Shown: positions 1-12,354 of the stretch, in pieces
Layout of the letters: each line of letters starts with the position of its first letter
Numbering within the stretch: the first letter of the stretch is position 1
DNA from: the human T2T-CHM13v2.0 reference genome, Homo sapiens
Length of the DNA: 64,000 bases
NCBI RefSeq assembly: GCF_009914755.1
Contig: NC_060946.1
Reading direction: 5' to 3' (one strand)
Translations under genes and position numbers: made by a program
The notes under the pieces: generated by a model
The model's input: only the letters and a program-made list of their open reading frames with translations
What the model was told of the DNA's origin: nothing
The model's database searches: none

Positions 1-1100
1 AATGGAATGGAATGGAATTTAGTGGAATGGAATGGAATGGAATGGAATGGAATGAAATGGATTTGATCGGAATGGAATCCAATGGAATCAACTGGAATGG
101 AATGGAATGGAATGGAATGGAATAAATCCGGGTGGAGTGGAATGGAATGTAATGGAGTGGAATGGAATGGAATTTAGTGGAATGGAATGGAATGGAATGG
201 AATGGAATGAAATGGAATGGATCGGAATGGAATCCAATGGAAACAACTGGAATGGAATGGAATGGAATGGAATGGAATGGAATGGAATGGAATTTAGTGG
301 AATGGAATGGAATGGAATGGAATTGAATGGAATGAAATGGATTTGATCGGAATGGAATCCAATGTAATCAACTGGAATGGAATGGAATGGAATGGAATGG
401 AATAAATCCGGGTGGAGTGGAATGGAATGTAATGGAGTGGAATGGAATGGAATTTAGTGGAATGGAATGGAATGGAAAGGAATCAACCCGAATGGAATGG
501 AACGGAATGGAATGGAAAGGAATGGAATGGAATGGAATGGAATGGAATTTAGTGGAATGGAATGGAATGGAATAGAATGGAATGGAATGAAATGGATTTG
601 ATCGGAATGGAATCCAATGGAATCAACTGGAATGGAATGGAATGGAATGGAATGGAATAAATCCGGGTGGAGTGGAATGGAATGTAACGGAGTGGAATGG
701 ATTGGAATTAAGTGGAATGGAATGGAATGGAATGGAATGAAATGGAATGGATCAGAATGGAATCCAATGGAAACAACTGGAATGGAATGGAATGGAATGG
801 AATGGAATGGAATGGAATGGAATTTAGTGGAATGGAATGGAATGGAATGGAATGGAATGAAACGGATTTGATCGGAATGGAATCCAATGGAATCAACTGG
901 AATGGAATGGAATGGAATGGAATGGAATAAATCCGGGTGGAGTGGAATGGAACGTAATGGAGTGGAATGGAATGGAATTTAGTGGAATGGAATGGAATGG
1001 AATGGAATGGAATTTAGTGGAATGGAATGGAATGGAATGGAATGGAATGGAATGGAATGAAACGGATTTGAATCGAATGGAATCCAATGGAATCAAATGG
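1..1100 (+). repeat. Local ~255-280 bp tandem sub-array (ATTTGATCGG-marked modules) with a ~530 bp dimeric super-period
   Basis: ATTTGATCGG occurs at 61, 341, 596 and 866. The variant GGAAACAACTGG occurs at ~240 and ~770. Confidence 0.7.
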
Positions 1101-2199
1101 AATGCAATAGAATGGAATGGAATGGAATGGAATGGAATCAACACGAAAGGAATGGAACGGAATGGAATGGGATGGGATGGAATGGAATGGAATGAAATGG
1201 ATTGGATCGGAATGGAATCCAATGGAATCAACTGGAATGGAATGGAAATGAATGGAATGGAATAGATCCGGGTGGAGTGGAATGGAATGGAATGGAGTGG
1301 AATGGAATGGAATTTAGTGGAATGGAATGGAATGGAATGGAATGGAATGGAATGGAATGGAAAGGAATCAACCCGAAAGGAATGGAACGGAATGGAATGG
1401 AATGGAATGGAATGGAATGGAATGGAATCAACCCAAGTGCAATGGAATGGAATGGAATGCAATGGAATCCACCCGAGTGGAATGCAACAGAATGGAATGG
1501 AATGGAATGGAATGGAATGGAATGGAATGGAGTGGAATGGAACAGAATGGAGTGGAATGGAATAAACACCAGGGGAATGAAATGGGTTGGAATGAAATGG
1601 AATGGAAGGGAATGGAATGGAATGGAATGAAATCAACCCGAGTGGAATGGAACGGAATGGAATGGAATGGAAAGGAATGAATGGAATGGAATGGTGTGGA
1701 ATCAACACGAGAGGAATGGAATGGAATGGAATGGAATCAACACGAATGGAATGGAATGGAATTTAATGGGATGGGATGGAATGGAATGGAAGTTAATCAA
1801 CACGAATGGAATGGAACGGAATGGAAAGGAATGGAATGGAATGGAATGGAATTGAATGGAATGAAATGGAAAGGAACGGAATGGAATCAACATGAGTGGA
1901 ATGGAATGGAATGGAATGGAATCAACCCCAGTGGAATGAAATGGAATGTAATGCAATGGGATGAAGGGGAATCAACACGAGTCGAATGGAATGGAATGGA
2001 ATGGAATGGAATGGAATGGATCGGAATGGAATCCAATGGAATCAACTGGAATGGAATGGAATGGAATGGAATAAATCCGGGTGGAGTGGAATGGAATGTA
2101 ATAGAGTGGAATGGAATGGAATTTAGAGGAATGGAATGGAATGGAATGGAATGGAATGGAATGGAATCAACCCGAATGGAATGGAACGGAATGGAATGG

Positions 2200-4150
2200 A
2201 ATGGATCGGAATGGAATCCAATGGAATCAACTGGAATGGAATGGAATGGAATGGAATAAATCCGGGTGGAGTGGAATGGAATGTAATGGAGTGGAATGGA
2301 ATGGAATTTAGAGGTGTGGAATGGAATGGAAAGGAATGGGATGGGATGCGATGGAATGGAAAGGAATGGAACTTAATCAACACGAATGGAACGGAATGCA
2401 ATGGAATGGAATGGAATGGAATGGAATGGAATGGAATCAACACGAATGACATGGCAGAGAATGGAATGGAATGGAATGGAATGGAATCAACCCGAATGGA
2501 ATAGAATGGAATGGAATGGGATGGGATGGAATGGAATTGAATGCAAGTTAATCAACACGAATGGAATGGAACGGAATGGAATGGAATGAAAAGGAAAGGA
2601 ACATAACGGCATCAACACGAGAGGAATGGAATGGAACGGAATGGAATCAACCCGAGTGGAATGAAATGGAATGTAATGCAATGGGATGGAGTGGAATCAA
2701 CCCGAGTGGAATGGAATGGAATGGAATGGAATGGAATGGAATGGAATGGAATGGATCGGAATGGAATCCAATGGAATCAACTGGAATGGAATGGAATGGA
2801 ATGGAATGGAATGGAATGGAATGGAACGGAATAAATCCGGTTGGAGTGGAATGGAATGTAATAGAGTGGAATGGAATGGAATTTAGAGGAATGGAATGGA
2901 ATGGAATGGAATGGAATGGAATGGAATCAACCCGAATGGAATGGAACGGAATGGAATGGAATGGAATGAGATGGAATGGAATGGAATGGAATGGAATGGA
3001 ATGGAATGGAATGGAATCAACACGAATGGCATGGCATAGAATGGAATGGAATGGAATGGAATGCAATGGAATGGAATGGAATGGAATGGAATGGAATGGA
3101 ATGGAATCAACCCAAGTGCAATGGAATGGAATGGAATGCAATGGAATCCACCCGAGTGGAATGGAATGGAATGAAATGGATTGGAATGGAATGGAGTGGA
3201 ATGGAATGTAATGGAGTGGAATGGAATGGAATTTAGTGGTGTGGAATGGAATGGAATGGAATGGGATGGGATGGGATGGAATGGAATGGAATGGAAATTA
3301 ATCAACACGAATGGAACGGAATGGAATGGAATGGAATGGAATGGAATGGAATGGAATGGAATGGAATCAACACGAATGACATGGCATAGAATGGAATGGA
3401 ATGGAATGGAATGGAATGGAATGGAATCAACCCGAATGGAATGGAACGGAATGGAATGGGATGGGATGGAATGGAATGGAATGCAAGTTAATCAACACGA
3501 ATGGAATGGAATGGAATGGAATGAAAAGGAAAGGAACATAATGGCATCAACACGAGTGGAATGGAATGGAACGGAATGGAATCAACCCGAGTGGAATGAA
3601 ATGGAATGTAATGCAATGGGATGGAGTGGAATCAACCCGAGTGGAATGGAATGGAATGGAATTGAATGGAATGGAATGGATCGGAATGGAATCCAATGGA
3701 ATCAACTGGAATGGAATGGAATGGAATGGAATGGAATGGAATGCAATGGAATGGAATGGAATGGAATAAATAAGGGTGGAGTGGAATGGAATGTAATGGA
3801 GTGGAATGTAATGGAATTTAGTGGAATGGAATGGAATGGAATGGAATGGAATGGAATGGAACGGAATAAATCCGGTTGGAGTGGAATGGAATGTAATAGA
3901 GTGGAATGGAATGGAATTTAGAGGAATGGAATGGAATGGAATGGAATGGAATGGAATGGAATGGAATGGAATCAACCCGAATGGAATGGAACGGAATGGA
4001 ATGGAATCAACACGAATGGCATGGCATAGAATGGAATGGAATGGAATGGAATGAAATGGAATGGAATGGAATGGAATGGGATGGAATCAACCCAAGCGCA
4101 ATGGAATGGAATGGAATGCAATGGAATCCACCCGAGTGGAATGGAATGGA
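2200..4150 (+). repeat. Diverged ~0.95-1.0 kb tandem duplication (two copies, junction ~3190)
   Basis: The same ordered markers occur twice: GACATGGC (~2448/~3378), GCAAGTTAATC (~2543/~3483), AGGAACATAA (~2597/~3532), ATCCGGTTGG (~2835/~3870) and GGCATGGCATAG (~3028/~4018). Confidence 0.7.
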
Positions 4151-4639
4151 ATGAAATGAAATGGAATGGAATGGAGTGAAATGGAACGGAATGGAGTGGA
4201 ATGGAATAAACACCAGGGGAATGAAATGGATTGGAATGGAATGGAATGGAATGGAATGGAATGGAATGAAATCAACCCGAGTGTAATGGAGCGGAATGGA
4301 ATGGAATGGAAAGGAATGAATGGAATGGAATGGTGTGGAATCAACACGAGAGGAATGGAATGGAATGGAATGGAAAGGAACGGAATGGAAAGGAGGGGAA
4401 TGGAATGAACCCGAATGGAATGGAATGGATTGGAATGGAATGGAATGGAATCAACCTGAGCGGAAAGGAATGGAATAGAATGGAGTAGAATGGAATGTAA
4501 CGGAATGGAATGGAATGGAATGGAATCAACACGAATGGAATGGAACGGAATGGAATGGGATGGGATGGAATGGAAGAGAATGGATGTTAATCAACACGAA
4601 TGGAATGGAACGGAATGGAATGGAATGGAATGGATCGGA

Positions 4640-5800
4640 AAGGAATCCAATGGAATCAACTGGAATGGAATGGATTGGAATGGAATGGAATGGAATGGAA
4701 TGGAATGGAATGGAATGGAGTGGAATGCAATGGAATGCAATGGAATGGAATAAATCCGGGTGGAGTGGAATGGAATGTAATGGAGTGGAATGGAATGGAA
4801 TTTAGTGGAATGGAATGGAATGGAATGGAATGGAATGGGATGAAATCTATTGGATCAGAATGGAATCCAATGGAATCAACTGGAATGGAATGGAATGGAA
4901 TGGAATGGAATGGAATGGAATGGAATGGAATGGAATGGAATGAAAAGGAAAGGAACAAAATGGAATCAACACGAGTGGAATGGAATGGAACGGAATGGAA
5001 TTAACCCGAGTGGAATGAAATGGAATGTAATGCAATGGGATGGAGTGGAATCAACCCCAGTGGAATGGAATGGAATGGAATGGAATGGAATGGAATGGAA
5101 TGGAACGAAATGGAATGTATCGGAATGGAATCCAATGGAATCAACTGGAATGAAATGGAATGGAATGGAAAGGAATGGAATGGAATGGAATAAATCCGGG
5201 TGGAGTGGAATGGAATGTAATGGAGTGGAATGTAATGGAATTTAGTGGAATGGAATGGAATGGAATGGAATGAAATGGATTGGATCGGAAAGGAATCCAA
5301 TGGAATCAACTGGAATGCAATGGAATGGAATGGAATGGAATGGAATGGAATGGAATAAATCCGGGTGGAGTGGAATGGAATGTAATGGAGTGGAATGTAA
5401 TGGAATTTAGTGGAATGGAATGGAATGGAATGGAATGGAATGGAATCTATTGGATCAGAATGGAATCCAATGGAATCAACTGGAAAGGAATGGAATGGAA
5501 TGGAAAGGAATGAAAAGGAAAGGAACAAAATGGAATCAACACGAGTGGAATGGAATGGAACGGAATGGAATTAACCCGAGTGGAATGAAATGGAATGTAA
5601 TGTAATGGGATGGAGTGGAATCAACCCCAGTGGAATGGAATGGAATGGAATGGAATGGAATGGAATGGAATGGAACGGAATGGAATGGAATGGAATGAAA
5701 TGGAATGGATCGGAATGGAATCCAATGGAATCAACTGGAATGAAATGGAATGGAATGGAAAGGAATGGAATGGAATGAAATGGATTGGATCGGAAAGGAA
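4640..5800 (+). repeat. ~600 bp tandem duplication
   Basis: TCTATTGGATCAG at 4846 and 5446; GGAACAAAATGG at ~4952 and ~5522; TTAACCCGAG at 5001 and 5571; CAACCCCAG at 5052 and 5622. Confidence 0.7.
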
Positions 5801-7159
5801 TTCAATGGAATCAAATGGAATGCAATAGAATGGAATGGAATGGAATGGAATGGAATGGAATGGAATGGAATGGAATAAATCCGGGTGGAGTGGAATGGAA
5901 TGTAATGGAGTGGAATGGAATGGAATTTAGTGCAATGGAATGGAATGGAATGGAATGGAATGGAATGGAATGGAATGGAAGGAATCAACCCGAAGGGGAT
6001 GGCATGGAATGGAATAGAATGGAATGGAATGGAATGGAATGGAATGGAATGGAATGGAATGGAATGGAGTGGAATCAACCCAAGTGCAATGGAATAGAAT
6101 GGAATGCAATGGAATCCACTTGAGTGGAATGGAATGGAATGGAATGGAATGGAATGGAATGGAATGGAAAGGAATGCAATGGAATGGAATGGAATCGAAA
6201 GGAATAGAATGGAATGGAATGCAACGGAATGGAGTGGAATGCAATAAACACCAGGGGAATGAAATGGATTGGAATGAAATGGAATGGAATGGAACGGAAT
6301 GAAATGAAATCAACCCGAGTTGAATAGAACGGAATGGAATGGAATGGAAAGGAATGAATGGAATGGAATGGTGTGGAATCAACACGAGAGGAATGGAATG
6401 GAATGGAATGGAACGGAACGGATTGGAAAGGAATGGAATGGAATGAACCCGAATGGAATGGAATGGATTGGAATGGAATGGAATGGAATCAACCTGAGCG
6501 GAAAGGAATGGAATGGAATGGAGTGGAATGGAATGTAACGGAATGGAATGGAATGGAATGGAATCAACATGAATGGAATGGAACGGAATGGAATGGGATG
6601 GTATGGAATGGAATGGAATGGAAGTTAGTCAACACGAATGGAATGGAAAGGAATGGAATAGAATGAAAATGAAAGGAACAGAATGGAATCAACACGAGTG
6701 GAATGGAATGGAACGGAATGGAATCAACCCGAGTGGAATGAAATGGAATGTAATGCAATGGGATGGAGTGGAATCAACCCGAGTGGAATGCAATGGAATG
6801 GAATGGAATGGAATGGAATGGAATGCAATGGAATGGAATGGAATCAACACGAATGGAATAGAATGGAATGGAATGGGATGGGATGGAATGCAATGGAAGT
6901 TAATCAACACGAATGGAATGGAACGGAATGGGAAGGAATGGAATGGAATGGAATGGAATGGAATGGAATGGAATGGAATTGAATGGAATGAAATGGAAAG
7001 GAACGGAATGGAATCAACATGAGTGGAATGGAATGGAACGGAATGGAATCAACCCGAGTGGAATGAAATGGAATGTAATGCAATGGGATGGAGTGGAATC
7101 AACACAAGTGGAATGGAATGGAATGGAATGGAATGGAATGGAATGGAATGGAATGGAAT

Positions 7160-9330
7160 GAAATGGAATGGATCTGAATGGAATCCAATGGAGTCAACTG
7201 GAATGGAATGGAATGGAATGGAATAAATCCGGGTGGAGTGGAATGGAATGTAATGGAGTGGAATGGAATGGAATTTAGTGGTGTGGAATGTAATGGAATG
7301 GAATGGGATGGGATGGGATGGAATGGAATGGAATGGAACTTAATCAACACGAATGGAACGGAATGGAATGGAATGGAATGGAATGGAATGGAATCAACAC
7401 GAATGACATGGCATAGAATGCAATGGAATGGAATGGAATGGAATGGAATGGAATCAACCCGAAAGGAATGGAACGGAATGGAATGGGATGGAATGGAATG
7501 GAATGCAAGTTAATCAACACGAATGTAATGGAACGGAATGGAATGGAATGAAAATGACAGGAACATAATGGCATCAACACGAGTGGAATGGAATGGAACG
7601 AAATGGAATCAACCCGAGTGGAATGAAATGGAATGTAATGCAATGGGATGGAGTGGAATCAACCCGAGTGGAATGGAATGGAATGGAATGGAATGGAATG
7701 GAATGGAATGGAATGGAATGGATTGGAATGGAACCCAATGGAATCAACTGGAATGGAATGGAATGGAATGGAATGGAATGGAATGGAATGGAATGCAAAG
7801 GAATGGAATGCAATGGAATGGAATGGAATGGAATAAATCCGGGTGGAGTGGAATGGAATGTAATGGAGTGGAATGTAATGGAATTTCGTGGAATGGAATG
7901 GAATGGAATGGAATGAAATCTATTGGATCGGAATGGAATCCAATGGAATCAACTGGAATGGAATGGAATGGAATGGAATGGAACGGAATAAATCCGGTTG
8001 GAGTGGAATGGAATGTAATAGAGTGGAATGGAATAGAATTTAGAGGAATGGAATGGAATGGAATTTAGAGGAATGGAATGGAATGGAATGGAATGGAATG
8101 AAAAGGAAAGGAACAAAATGGAATCAACACGAGTGGAATGGTATGGAACGGAATGGAATTAACCCGAGTGGAATGAAATGGAATGTAATGCAATGGGATG
8201 GAGTGGAATCAACCCCAGTGGAATGGAATGGAATGGAACGGAATGGAATGGAATGGAACGGAATGGAATGGAATGGAATGAAATGGAATGGATCGGAATG
8301 CAATCCAATGGAATCAACTGGAATGAAATGGAATGGAATGGAAAGGAATGGAATGGAATAAATCCGGGTGGAGTGGAATGGAATGTAACGGAGTGGAATG
8401 TAATGGAATTTAGTGGAATGGAATGGAATCGAATGGAATGAAATGGAATGGAATGGAATGGAATAAATCCGGGTGGAGTGGAATGGAATGTAATGGAGTG
8501 GAATGCAATGGAATTTAGTGGAATGGAATGGAATGGAATGGAATGAAATGGATTGGATCGGAAAGGAATCCAATGGAATCAAGTGGAATGCAATAGAATG
8601 GAATGGAATGGAATGGAATGGAATGGAATAAATCCGGGTGGAGTGGAATGGAATATAATGAAGTGGAATGGAATGGAATTTAGTGCAATGGAATGGAATG
8701 GAATGGAATGGAATGGAATGGAATGGAATCAACCCGAATTTAATTGAATGGAATGGAATGGAAAGGAATGGAATGGAATGGAATGGAATGGAATGGAATG
8801 GAATGGAATGGAATGGAATGGAATGGAATGGAATCAACCCGAATGGGATGGCATGGAATGGAATTGAATGGAATGGAATTGAATGGAATGGAGTGGAATC
8901 AACCCAAGTGCAATGGAATAGAATGGAATGCAATGGAATCCACCAGAGTGGAATGGAATGGAATGGAATGGAATGCAATGGAATGGAATGGAATCGAAAG
9001 GAATAGAATGGAGTGGAATGGAACGGAATGGAGTGGAATGCAATAAACACCAGGAGAATGAAATGGATTGGAATGAAATGGAATGGAATGGAATGGAATG
9101 GAATGAAATCAACCCGAGTTGAATAGAACGGAATGGAATGGAATGGAAAGGAATCAATGGAATGGAATGGTTTGGAATCAACACGAGAGGAATGGAATGG
9201 AATGGAACAGAACGGAATGGAAAGGAATGGAATGGAATGAACACGAATGGAATGGAATGGATTGGAATGGAATGGAATGGAATCAACCTGAGCGGAAAGG
9301 AATGGAATGGAATGGAGTGGAATGGAATGT
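7160..9330 (+). repeat. ~2.15 kb block, copy 1 of a dispersed duplication (copy 2 at ~12355-14490, offset 5160)
   Basis: Shared private variants: GAATAGAATTTAGAGG 8031/13191, GTATGGAACG 8141/13301, CAAGTGGAATGCAATAG 8580/13740, CAGGAGAATG 9051/14211. ORF-track pairs 8053/13213, 8553/13713 and 9119/14279 all differ by 5160. Confidence 0.9.
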
Positions 9331-11240
9331 AACGGAATGGAATGGAATGGAATGGAATCAACATGAATGGAATGGAACGGAATGGAATGGGATGGGATGG
9401 AATGGAATGGAATGGAAGTTAGTCAACAAGAATGGAATGGAATGGAATGGAATGGAATGAAAAGGAAAGGAACAGAATGGAATCAACACGAGTGGAATGG
9501 AATGGAACGGAATGGAATCAACCCGAGTGGAATGAAATGGAATGTAATGCAATGGGATGGAGTGGAATCAACACGAGTGGAATGGAATGGAATGGAATGG
9601 AATGGAATGGAATGGAATGGAATGGAATGGAATGGAATGAAATGGAATGGATCGGAATGGAATCCAATGGAATTAGCTGGAATGGAATGGAATGGAATGG
9701 AATGAAATGGATTGGATCGGAATGGAATCCAATGGAATCAACTGGAATGGAATGGAATGGAATGGAATGGAATGGAATGGAATAAATCCGGGTGGAGTGG
9801 AATGGAATGTATTGGAGTGGAATGGAATGTAATTCAGTGGAATGGAATGGAATGGAATGGAATGGAATCGAATGGAATGGAATCAAACCGAATGGAATGG
9901 AACGGAATGGAATGGAAAGGAATGGAATGGAATGGAATGGAATGGAATGGAATCAACCGAAGTGCAATTGAATGGAATGGAATGGAATGGAATGGAATGG
10001 AATGGAATGGAATCAACACGAATGGGATGGCATGGAATGGAATGGAATGGAATGGAATGGAATGGAATGGAATGGAATGGAGTGGAATCAACCCAAGTGC
10101 AATAGAATAGAATGGAATGCAATGGAATCCACCCGAGTGGAATGGAATGGATTGGAATGGAATGGAATGGAATGCAATGGAATGGAATGGAATCGAAAGG
10201 AATAGAATGGAGTGGAATGGAACGGAATGGAGTGGAATGCAATAAACACCAGGGGAATGAAATGGATTGGAATGAAATGCAATGGAATGGAATGGAATGG
10301 AATGAAATCAACCCGAGTTGAATAGAACGGAATGGAATGGAATGGAAAGGAATGAATGGAATGGAATGGTTTGGAATCAAAACGAGAGGAATGGAATGGA
10401 ATGGAAAGGAATGAATGGAATGGAATGGTTTGGAATCAACACGAGAGGAATGGAATGGAATGGAATGGAATGGAACGGAACGGAATGGAAAGGAATGGAA
10501 TGGAATGAACCCGAATGGAATGGAATGGATTGGAATGGAATGGAATGGAATCAACCTGAGCGGAAAGGAATGGAATGGAATGGAGTGGAATGGAATGTAA
10601 CGGAATGGAATGGAATGGAATGGAATGGAATGGAATAAACATGAATGGAATGGAACGGAATGGAATGGGATGGGATGGAATGGAATGGAATGGAAGTTAG
10701 TCAACACGAATGGAATGGAATGAAATGGAATGGAATGGAATGAAAAGGAAAGGAACAGAATGGAATCAACACGAGTGGAATGGAATGGAACGGAATGGAA
10801 TCAACCCGAGTGGAATGAAATGGAATGTAATGCAATGGGATGGAGTGGAATCAACACGAGTGGAATGGAATGGAATGGAAAGGAATGGAATGGAATGGAA
10901 TGAAATGGAATGGATCGGAATGGAATCCAATGGAATTAACTGGAATGGAATGGAATGGAATGGAATGAAATGGATTGGATTGGAATGGAATCCAATGGAA
11001 TCAACTGGAATGGAATGGAATGGAATGGAATGGAATGGAATAAATCCGGGTGGAGTGGAATGGAATGTATTGGAGTGGAATGGAATGTAATTCAGTGGAA
11101 TGGAATGGAATGGAATGGAATGGAAACGAATGGAATGGAATCAAACCGAATGGAATGGAACGGAATGGAATGGAAAGGAATGGAATGGAATGGAATGGAA
11201 TGGAATGGAATGGAATCAACCGAAGTGCAATGGAATGGAA
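8820..11240 (+). repeat. ~1.2 kb tandem duplication (junction ~10010)
   Basis: GTTGAATAGAACGG ~9118/~10317, GTATTGGAGT ~9809/~11067, AATTCAGTGG 9831/11089, AATCAAACCG 9881/11139, CAACCGAAGTGC ~9954/~11217. Confidence 0.8.
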
Positions 11241-12354
11241 TGGAATGGAATGGAATGGAATGGAATGGAGTGGAATGGAACGGAATGAAGTGGAATGGAA
11301 TAAACACCAGGGGAATGAAATGGATTGGAATGAAATGGAATGGAATGGAATGGAATGAAATGAAATCAACCCGAGTGGAATGGAACGGAATGGAATGGAA
11401 TGGAAAGGATTGAATGGAATGGAATGGTGTGGAATCAAAAAGAGAGGAATGGAATGGAATGGAACGGAACGGAATGGAAAGGAATGGAATGGAATGGACC
11501 CGAATGGAATGAAATGGATTGGAATGGAATGGAATGGAAACAACCCGAGCTTAAAGGAAAGGAATTGAATGGAGTGGAATGGAATTTAATGGAATGGAAT
11601 GGAATGGAATGGAATCAACACGAATGGAATGGAACGGAATGGAATGGGATGGGATGGAATGGAATGGAATGAAATGGATTGGATCGGAATGGAACCCAAT
11701 GAAATCAACTGGAATGGAATGGAAATGAATGGAATGGAATAAATCCGGGTGGAGTGGAATGGAATGGAATGGAGTGGAATGGAATGGAATTTAGTGGAAT
11801 GGAATGGAATGGAATGGAATGGAATGGAATGGAATGGAAAGGAATCAACCCGAAAGGAATGGAACGGAATGGAATGGAATGGAATGGAATGGAATGGAAT
11901 GGAATGGAATGGAATGGAATGGAATCAACCCAATTGCAATGGAATGCAATGGAATGCAATGGAATCCACTGGAGTGGAATGCAACAGAATGGAATGGAAT
12001 GGAATGGAATGGAATGGAATGGAATGGAATGGAATGGAGTGGAATGGAACAGAATGGAGTGGAATGGAATAAACACCAGGGGAATGAAATGGGTTGGAAT
12101 GAAATGGAATGGAAGGGAATGGAATGGAATGGAATGAAATCAACCCGAGTGGAATGGAACGCAATGGAATTGAATTGAAAGGAATGAATGGAATGGAATG
12201 GTGTGGAATCAACACGAGAGGAATGGAATGGAATGGAATGGAATGAACCCGAATGGAATGGAATGGATTGGAATGGAATGGAATGGAATCAACATGAGCG
12301 GAAAGGAATGGAATGGAATGGAGTGGAATGGAATGGAATGTAATGGAATGGAAT

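Noticed and set aside
5798-5803. GAATTC sites (here and ~56048) as periodic restriction markers or HSE cores
   Set aside because: These are isolated single-base variants. They are not periodic and do not have nGAAnnTTCn spacing.
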